A stretch of 64,000 nucleotides of DNA from Octopus vulgaris (Eukaryota). A model generated the notes under the pieces. The model saw only the letters and a program-made list of their open reading frames with translations. It was not told the origin of the DNA and made no database searches. Positions 55,340-64,000 of the stretch are shown here, piece by piece. The stretch spans positions 54,994,001 through 55,058,000 of the forward strand of contig OX597830.1 of the NCBI GenBank assembly GCA_951406725.2, written 5' to 3'. The first letter of the stretch is position 1. Each line of letters starts with the position of its first letter. Made by a program: the position numbers and the translations under genes.

Positions 55340-55886
55340 CAGAGAGAGAGAGAGAAGAAAGGGGAGAGAGAGAGAGAGAAAGAGAGAAAAGAAAGGAGAT
55401 AGAGGGAAAGAGAGAAAAGAAAGGGGAGAGAGAGAGAGAAAAGAAAGGGGAGAGAGAAAGAGAGAAAAGAAAGGGGAGAGAGAGAGAAGAAAGGAGAGAG
55501 AGAGAAAGAGAGAAAAGAAAGGAAAGAGAGAGAGAGAGAGAGAGAGAAAAGAAAGGGGAGAGAGAGAAAGGAAAGGAGAGAGAGAGGGAGGGAGAGAGAG
55601 AGAAAGAGAGAGAAAAGAAAGGAGCGGGAGAGAAAAGAAAGGAGAGAGAGAGAAAAAAGAAAGGAGAGAGTGAAAGAGGGAGAATAAGAAGAAGGAGGAG
55701 AGAGAGAGTGAAAAAAGAAAGGAGAGAGAGTGAGGGAGAGAGAATGAGTAAAAGGAGGAGAGAGAGAGGGAGAGATGGATAGAGAGAAACAGCAAGGGAG
55801 AGAGAGAGAGAGAGAGAGACATACACACAGAGTGAGAGAGAAAGAGAAAGAGATAGACAGAGTGAGAGAGCAAAAGAAAGAGATAG
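55340..55886. repeat. Polypurine (AG-rich) tract
   Basis: Repeated gagagaaaagaaagggga-type units. Confidence 0.9.
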
Positions 55887-56283
55887 AGTGCTAATTCACC
55901 ATCTTAATCTACCAATTTACTATATTAATCTTCCAATTCCCCACCTTAATCTGTTAATTCACAACCTTAAACTGCCAATTCAGTCCCTCAATCTGCCAAT
56001 TCACTGCCTTAATCTGGCAATTATGCAATCAATTTTAGTTTCACAACTAGCTCAATTGGTATTACACTTAACCGACTGCACAGAGAAAATAAGTGGCACC
56101 TACTGTGAGTGTGTGTGATATGTATGTGTAAGTGTGTGTGTGTGTGTGTGTGTGTGACATATGTGTGCATTTGTATCAGTGCACATGTGAGTGTCACAGA
56201 GACACAGACACACACATACATATACATGTACATATACATTCAATAAATTCAATAACTGTACAATACATATATATATTTATAGA

Positions 56284-56351
<68 letters not shown>

Positions 56352-56939
56352 CATACACACACATATATATATGCTTGTATACAAACACACACACACATAT
56401 AAATATACATACACACTTACTGACACATAAACATACTTACATATATGCATATGTGTGTGCATAAATATATATAAATTATATTTTCCTGAGTACAATATTA
56501 TTTCAAATATATGATCCCTAATTTGGGTACCAGTAAGTACTACACACATACACACACATACATGCATGCATACATACATACATACATACTATTTCTTTAC
56601 TACCCACAAGGGGCTAAACACAAAGGGGACAAACAGATTAAGTCGATTATATCGACTCCAGTGCATAACTGGTACTTATTTAATCGACCCCAAAAGGATG
56701 AAAGGCAAAGTCGACCTCGGCGGAATTTGAACTCAGAACGTAACCGCAGACGAAATGCTGCTAAGCATTTCACCCGGCATGCTAACGATTCTACCAGCTC
56801 GCCGCCTTATATATGTATATATATATATATACGTAAATGTCGAATACTACATTGCTGGATATAATTTTCCATGTTAAGAAAAATAGAGAACTATCCTAGA
56901 GTTGTCACAATTTTTTCAAGCTAATCACATGGAGAAAGG

Positions 56940-58219
56940 TTGGGGCAATAAACAAACTGTCATCTAAATTATGCAAAAATGGAAAAGACACTGACATTTC
57001 ATTTTAACAGATATATTTACCAAAATTACATAAAAATATCTTGAAATACTAAAGAGTAAATTATTCAATAAAATCACCATTGGCTTCAACCAAGGTCTCC
57101 AGACAATTTTGGAATCTCCTGCAACTCTTCTGAATGGTCTCCCTGTTTAAGTTGGTGAATGCCACCATAATCCTTGCCTTCAGTTCATCTTTGGTGTGAC
57201 AAGGAGTTTTGTTGGTCTTTTACTCACCAGTACTCCATACATAATAATTGAGTTGCAGTCTGGGGAGTTAGGTGGCCAGATGTTAGGAATGATGCGGTTT
57301 CAGAAATTGTCTGACGGCCATGACTGGGTTCTCCCGCTTGTGTGGCATGGTGCAGAGTTCTGTTGCCAGCCATAGGGTCTTCCAGCAGCCACCCTCTTGA
57401 CCCAGGGCAGCACTACCTCTTCCAGGCACTTGATGTAAGTCTGTGTTGAGTCTGAGGCCGTGTGGGAAAATGAGTGGAGGCATAACATTGCCATCACTAG
57501 TGATCCCTCCAAACACCATGATGTTGACTGGATGTTTGATTTTTATCACTCTCGGTACATGCTTTGGGGACATAGCATGCCAACAGTTGTTCTGTGTTTA
57601 CCATCTGATTCTGGCAGAAATTTTTTCTTCTCTGAGAAAAACCAAAGCATGTTCAGTTGGAGGGGATGCTTCAGTTTGTTCAAAAACTTTTTAGCATGGT
57701 CTTTCCACTTTCCTTGATAGCTTGGGATAAAAATTGTCCCTTTCTCATCTTGTATGAGGAATACTGATTGTCTTCATGCACTACTTGCCTGATAAGAAAC
57801 CCAGACACTCCCATGTCTCTGGCAATGGATCTGATTGACTTAGAAGGATCATTATCAATCATGGCCTGGATCTCACCAACAAATTCAAGAGTTCTTTTCT
57901 TATCAGAGTGAGTTTTCTGAGCTGCCGTACCTTCGTAATCACCATTAGACTCATTCAACTCTTTCTGAATCCTCTGCACTGTCTTTAGATTGACACCCAA
58001 ACATTCTGAAATATTTGTATTGGAGCTTCCAGTGTGAATGCTAAGAAGTACAGCACGCCGTTTCCAAGTTTCTGGCAGAGTAAATTGCATTATGGTGCTT
58101 TTTTTTCTCACAGATGATGCCCAACTGATCCTACTGTACTGTGTAGTCAACAAAATCAAAAACAAACAGTGCAAATGCATGAAATTAAAAGTATAAAATG
58201 GAGACAGTTTACCCATTGC
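56940..58219 (-). mobile_element. Decayed mariner-type element, maT/DD37D family
   Basis: Transposase from ATG 58090: ...IDNDPSKSIRSIARDMGVS...KHPVNIMVFGGITSDG...WQQNSAPCH...WPPNSPDCN. Spacing is consistent with D37D. Degenerate TIR-like ends tggggcaataaa..actgtc and tgggtaaactgtc. Confidence 0.8.
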
Positions 58220-58222
58220 AGC

Positions 58223-58314
<92 letters not shown>

Positions 58315-58664
58315 AGAATTCACAAAAAAAAAACAAAGGACGAAGACAGGTGGTGTAGACAACAAACAGATGTATTAGTATAATGCTCGGGAAGTGCAAA
58401 AGTCTTTAACGTTTCGAGCCTATGCTCTTCCACACAAAGGAACACCGAAAGAATCAGAGAAAATATATGTTCTTTTACTTATTTCAGTCATTTGACTGTG
58501 GTCATGCTGGAGCACTGCCTTGAAAGGTTTTAGTCAAACAAATTGCCACCAGGACTTTTTTTTTTTAAAGCTTAGTACTTATGCTATCAGTTTTTGTTAT
58601 TTCTTGCTGAACTGCTAAACATACCAACATCAGTTGTCATGTGGTGATTGGGGACAAACACGAA

Positions 58665-58739
<75 letters not shown>

Positions 58740-58790
58740 CGGACGCTAAACGATGATGATGATGATGATGATGTATACTTATATATATGT

Positions 58791-58852
<62 letters not shown>

Positions 58853-58885
58853 GTATATATATGTATACATATGTGTATGTATACA

Positions 58886-58919
<34 letters not shown>

Positions 58920-59324
58920 CGTTGGCCTTCTTTTAGTTTCTGTCTACCAAATTCACTCGCAAGGCTTTGGTCAGCCAAAGGCTATAGTAGAAGACTCTTG
59001 CCAAAGGTGCCATGCAATGTGACTGAACCTGAAATCATGTGTTTGGGAAGCAAGCTTCTTACCACACAGCCATGCTTATATATTAAATATATATATATAT
59101 CTATACTCACATACATATATAGGTAGATAGATAGATATATAGATAGATAGACAGACAGACAGATAGAAGACAGATAGATAGATAGATACTCTCATACATA
59201 TATATATATATACAGACACTCATGTTTATGATGACACAATTACTGTGGTAAATTACTGAATTATTGTAAGCAATCAGTATTGACATCGTCATCTTTATTA
59301 TCATCAGTATTACTATTATTATTA

Positions 59325-60000
59325 AGGCGGTGAGCTGGCAGAATTGTTAGCACACTGGACAAAAAGCTTAGCGGTATTTCGCCTGTCACTGCATTCTGAG
59401 TTCAAATTCCACTGAGGTCGACTTTGTTTTTCATCCTTTTGGGGTCAATAAATCAAGTACTAGTTGAGTGCTGGGATCAATGTAATCGACTATTCCCTTC
59501 TCCCAAATTTCAGGCCTTTTGCCTATAGTAGAAAGGATTATTATTATTATTATTATCATTAGTGATGGTGGCAAGCTGGCCCAATCATTGGCATACTGGG
59601 CAAAATGCTTAGTGGCATTCCAAGTTCAAATTCTGCTGAGGTTGACTTTGCCTATCATCCTTTCGGGATCGATAAATTAAGTACCAGTTAAGTACTGGGG
59701 TCGATGTGATCGACTAAACCACTTCCCCTAAAATTTTAGGCATTGTGCCAACAGTAGAATGGATTGTTATTATTATTACTAAGGTGGCAAGCTGGTAGAA
59801 TCGTTAGCACACCAGGTAGAATGCTTGCTGGCATTTTGTCAGTTTCTGCGTTCTGAGCTCAAATTCCACTGAGGTCGACTTTGCATTTCATCCTTTCAGG
59901 GTTGATGAAATAAGTACCAGTCAAGCACTGATGTCAATGTAATCATCTACCTCCCTCTCCCAAAATTTCAGGCCTTGTGCCTATTATAGAATGGATTATT
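59325..60000 (+). mobile_element. Head-to-tail array of three SINEs separated by (TTA)n tails
   Basis: ggcggtgagctggcagaa...gtagaaaggattattatt starts near 59325, 59565 and 59781. Similar arrays at 51740-52230 and 53899-54330. Confidence 0.85.
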
Positions 60001-60020
60001 ATTATTATTATTATTATTAT

Positions 60021-60576
60021 TGAGTGAGAGAGCAGTGCATGCCATCAAAGTGACACTGGGGTAAAATATACGAAGCCCAGTATACTCATCATGACTGCCC
60101 ATCTGATAAGGGTACACTAGGCACATGCATCACAACCATATGTGTGCGACATGGTGATCTCATATCAAGATAAACAGCGCATGGCCTTGCATGTGGGACC
60201 CAGTTAGAATTTTCTTCTGGTTGAGTAACCCATCCTGCTCAAAAGGTCCTTGAATAAGGGTTGTTTAAGGATGTTGAACAAAACACCCATGTCTCCAGAG
60301 GTGAATTATTCAAACCCCAAAGAATCCCTCTCAATACATGGCTATGATGCTCCCCCACTACTTCTGCTTGTGGTCAGAGATGAACATACCGTCAGCCACT
60401 AAGAGACATGCTCAACTGGTTAAGGTCAAACAACTGACAAGCAAATCTGTGGTATTGAGCAGAATATTTGCTATAGCCCATCTTTTATACCAAAACAAAA
60501 CAATGTACATGATAACACTTCCATTCAGTTAAGATCAGAAGCCACGAGAGCCACTGCCTGGTACTGCATCAGGGCA
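60021..60576 (-). mobile_element. 556-bp non-coding interspersed element flanked by (TTA)n on both sides
   Basis: Precise TTA-repeat flanks. Second partial copy at 6122-6270. No meaningful ORF. Confidence 0.65.
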
Positions 60577-60789
60577 TTATTATTATTATTATTATCATTG
60601 TAATGCTTAGCAGAATTTTGCCCGTTGCTATGTTCTGAGTTCAAATTCCACCAAGGTCAACTTTGCTTTTCATCTTTTCAGGGTCAGTAAATTAAGTACC
60701 AGTTGCGTACTGGGGTTGCTGTAATTGACTATCCCGCTTCCACGAAATTTCAGGCCTTGTGTCTATAGTAGAAAGGATTATTGTTGTTG

Positions 60790-61935
60790 CTATTGTTATT
60801 ATTCAGTAATTTTATTTTCATCACATGTTTTCACTGCACCACCGAGTGCAGTTCTGTGTCCTTTGTGTATGCGCTGTGGTATGCTTTTGTGTTGTTATTG
60901 AAAGTGCTTTATACAGGATGTGTGCAGTGCCTAGTAGTGCTATTTTCCGGATGTTCTGTATGTTTGTAAATCCTGGTGTCTTGGTTATGTATTTGTCTGT
61001 ATGCTTTTTAGTCATGCCTTATGCACTTATTATTACAGTGATTATTTCTGTTCTCAGGCTCCGCATTCGGGCTATTTCTATTTCCAGATTTTGTATTTTG
61101 AGAGTTTCTGTTTCTTTTAAAGATACATTGTCATTAGTTGGGACTGATATGGTGATTAGAAGGCATTTCCTTTCTTGATTGTCCTTGATGATAATATCTG
61201 ACCTATTGGCCTTGATCTCTCCATCTATGTGTATTGGCATATCCCAAGGAATGATTGTTTTTATCATTTTTTGAAACCTTTTCTGGAACATGCTTATACC
61301 ATTTTTTTCTTCTGTTGTATTCCTGTAGCACTGGGCACAGCTTCCAGTGTATATAGGTCACAAACTCTGTCATGTCTGTGGATATATTTCTTTTTAGCCA
61401 GTACTGGGCAGCCAGAAACAATATGATTTATTGTTTTCCCTCTCGCCACATATTCTGCAAGTACTTGTATTTTCTTTCAATTTGTGTTTTTGATAGTTTC
61501 TGAGGGGAGGCTTTGATCTTTTGTTGCAATTAAAATCTTTCAGTCTCTGCTTTGAGCACAGTGCTTCTCAACCATTGTTGGTATTTTACATTTCATACAT
61601 ACTTTATCTATTTCTTTTCTGTTTAGCTTACCCAGTATCTGCCACATAAGGGCTTTTCTTGCCCCTGTTTTATCAAGATATTTTGTTGTTCCAATTTTAG
61701 TTTAGATTTCAGTTGCTTTGCAGCTTTTGTTGTTTCTTCTTTTTCCTCATAATCGTCAGGTATTATGACCTCTTTTCGTATTTTTCAACTTCCCTGAAGA
61801 CTGAAAACAATTTTTTTTTTGGTTTTGCTCATGCTTTGTGGCTGCTTGTACCAGTTTTCCTTTGTTCTGAGTTAGATATTTCTGTAGTCCTTTTAATTGT
61901 ATAAGGCCTCTGCCACCTTCAATTTTATTCTTTTC
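60790..61935 (-). pseudogene. R4/Dong-clade non-LTR retrotransposon 3' end (CCHC knuckle and restriction-like endonuclease)
   Basis: EGGRGL; CRICG; YIHWKLC; IPWDMPIHIDGEIKANRSDIIIKD...LLITISVP; IRKIALLGTAHIL. Ends in a TAA-like tail. Confidence 0.8.
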
Positions 61936-62109
61936 TCTCATTCTTTTATCATTTCAGTCATTTGACTGTGGCCATGCTTCAGCACCACCTTTAGTCAAAC
62001 AAATCAAGCCCAGTACTCATTCTTTGTAAGCCTAGTACTTATTCTATCACTATCTGTTGCTGAACCGGGATGTAAACACACCAACATTGGTATGTATATA
62101 TATATATAT

Positions 62110-62790
62110 ATCACCGAGGCAATGACTAGTGACCGAGACCTTTGGAAATATGCTGTGCATGAGAAGACCCGGCAGGACAAGTGAGTCCATCCCATGTCCA
62201 TTGCCAGGGATGTAGCCAGCCCACTTATATATGCCTTTCCTTCCTTGGACACACAAAGACCTGTTGAGGCAAGCGAAGTCAAAATCGAATTCGAAATTGA
62301 ACCAATCCTATGACTGGCACCCGGCAGCTGCCAGGGCCACTGGACTGACTCCTGTGCAGGTGGCAAGTAAAGAAACACCGTTTTGACCCTGTGCTTGAGG
62401 AGATCCATTGAGTCAAGGACACCAACATCAAAGATCAATGGAAACTGCAGCTGTGAAACCTGTGCCGGTAGCACGTGAAAAGCACCATCCGAACGTGGCC
62501 AATGCCAGCGCTGCCTTGACTGGCTTCCATGCTGGTGGCACATAAAAAGCACCAATCCGATCATGGCCATTGCCAGCCTCGCCTGGCACCTGTGCCGGTG
62601 GCATGTAAAAAGCACCCACTACACTCACAGAGTGGTTGGCGTTAGGAAGGGCATCCTGCTGTAGAAACACTGCCAGATCAGACTGGAGCCTGGTGCAGCC
62701 TTCTGGCTTCCCAGATCCCCAGTCGAACCATCCAACCCATGCTAGCATGGAGAACGGACATTAAACGATGATGATAATGATGATGATGAT
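62110..62790 (+). mobile_element. Long copy of the RTE-tail-type retroposon with (GAT)n tail
   Basis: Shares its 5' part with 545-700 and its 3' part with the reverse complement of 10580-10760. Confidence 0.7.
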
Positions 62791-64000
62791 ACACACACAT
62801 ATATATACAACAGGCTTCTTTAAGCTTCCATCTACCAAATCCACTCACAAGGCTTTGTTCAGTCCAAAGCTGTAGTAAAAGACACTTGCCCAAGGTAACA
62901 CACAGTGGGACTGAACCCGGAACCATGTAGTTGGGAAGCAAGCTTCTTACCACACAGCCATCCATATAACAAGCTTCTTATTACACAGCCACACATATAA
63001 CATCATTATTTTTCTTGTTTTCCTGTTTAGTTTGATTAGTTCATTTAGTGTCCAATTAAGAATATTCTAAGTGTAGTTTACGACCGAGACAGCTAGAGTA
63101 TCAATACCTATTTTATAATTTTTCACATTGAACTCTGTTCTAAGTCCCAACCTTATTTGTTCTATATTGTCTCTTCCTTATTATCTCTTTAATTGATTCT
63201 TAAGTATCTGTATGTTTGGGTTTAGTCTAGTTCTCTTATTTCACTTTCTGTATCTAGTGTGATACTTATCCTCATCATCATCATCATCATTTAATGTCTG
63301 CTTTCCATTCTGGCATGGATTGGATGGTTCGACTGAAAACTGGTGAGCTACACTAGGTTCCAATCTGGTTTCTACAGCTGGATGCCCTTCCTAACACCAA
63401 CCACTCCAAGAGTGCGGTGGGTGCTTTTTATGTGCCACCAGCACAGGTGTCATTGACATAACAACGGCATTGGCTATGCACTCGAATGATACACATTGTG
63501 TTTGGAGCTATAGCCCCAAACACAATATAGTTTGGGGCTATAGCAGAAGCTAAAGCCCCAAACTGACCAAAACATTGTGAATGTATTTGGTTGACAGAAA
63601 ATAAAGAAACCCAGTGAGTGTGTGTGTGTGTTTGTACCCCCTTCCCAACCACTGCTTTATAAACCAGTGTTGGTTTATTATGTTTCTGTAACTTAGCAGT
63701 TTGGCAAAAAGAAACCATAGAATAAGTACTAGGCTTTAAAAAATATGTACTGGAGTCAATTTAGCCAGCAAAACCTTTCAAGATGGTGCTCCAGCATGGC
63801 TGCGATACAATGCCTGAAATAAGTTAAAGAAAAGATAAAAGATACATAAAGCAGTAAATCAGTTTGGAGATTTGGTTGCTATTGCTTGCAGGTCAAGTTA
63901 TAAAAAAAGAAGTCAACCTCACCAGTGTGATGGAAAGTAGAGATTTAGCTGCTGTTTCCTGCTGGTTGAACACCAACATAGAGGCGTCTGTTGGCTTGGA

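Noticed and set aside
60500-60576. Resemblance to a hatchet or HDV-like ribozyme
   Set aside because: Only superficial; the conserved core nucleotides and pseudoknots could not be matched by eye.

Overview
AT-rich, repeat-saturated animal genomic DNA. The SINE families and microsatellite load suggest an octopus or other coleoid cephalopod (inference). Almost every ORF in the supplied track is a microsatellite artefact of (TA)n, (CA)n, (CATA)n, (GGT)n, (GAT)n or (CT)n tracts. Recognisable content: two candidate minus-strand coding exons of an unidentified host gene (27761-27977 and 2480-2552, compatible splice phases); many tRNA-derived SINEs and RTE-type LINE fragments; a near-complete IR-DR Tc1 (DD34E) element; decayed maT/DD37D, DD41D-like and Tigger-like transposons; an internally deleted Gypsy LTR element with integrase; the 3' end of an R4/Dong-type non-LTR element in a TAA tract; Helitron-like and hAT-like non-autonomous elements. 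The most interesting signal is a dense set of about 15 type-I minimal hammerhead ribozyme motifs (CUGANGA - stem II - GAAA - short palindromic stem III - NUH). They come from several sequence families and sit next to microsatellites, mostly (TA)n. Some have non-canonical cores (U3-A8 covariants, a shared A6U variant). Several lie inside fold-back inverted-repeat units of about 120-850 bp, and one unit has captured a local LINE segment as its spacer. These are probably Penelope-like (PLE) or retrozyme-like non-autonomous elements. All structures were read by eye; no folding or database search was run.
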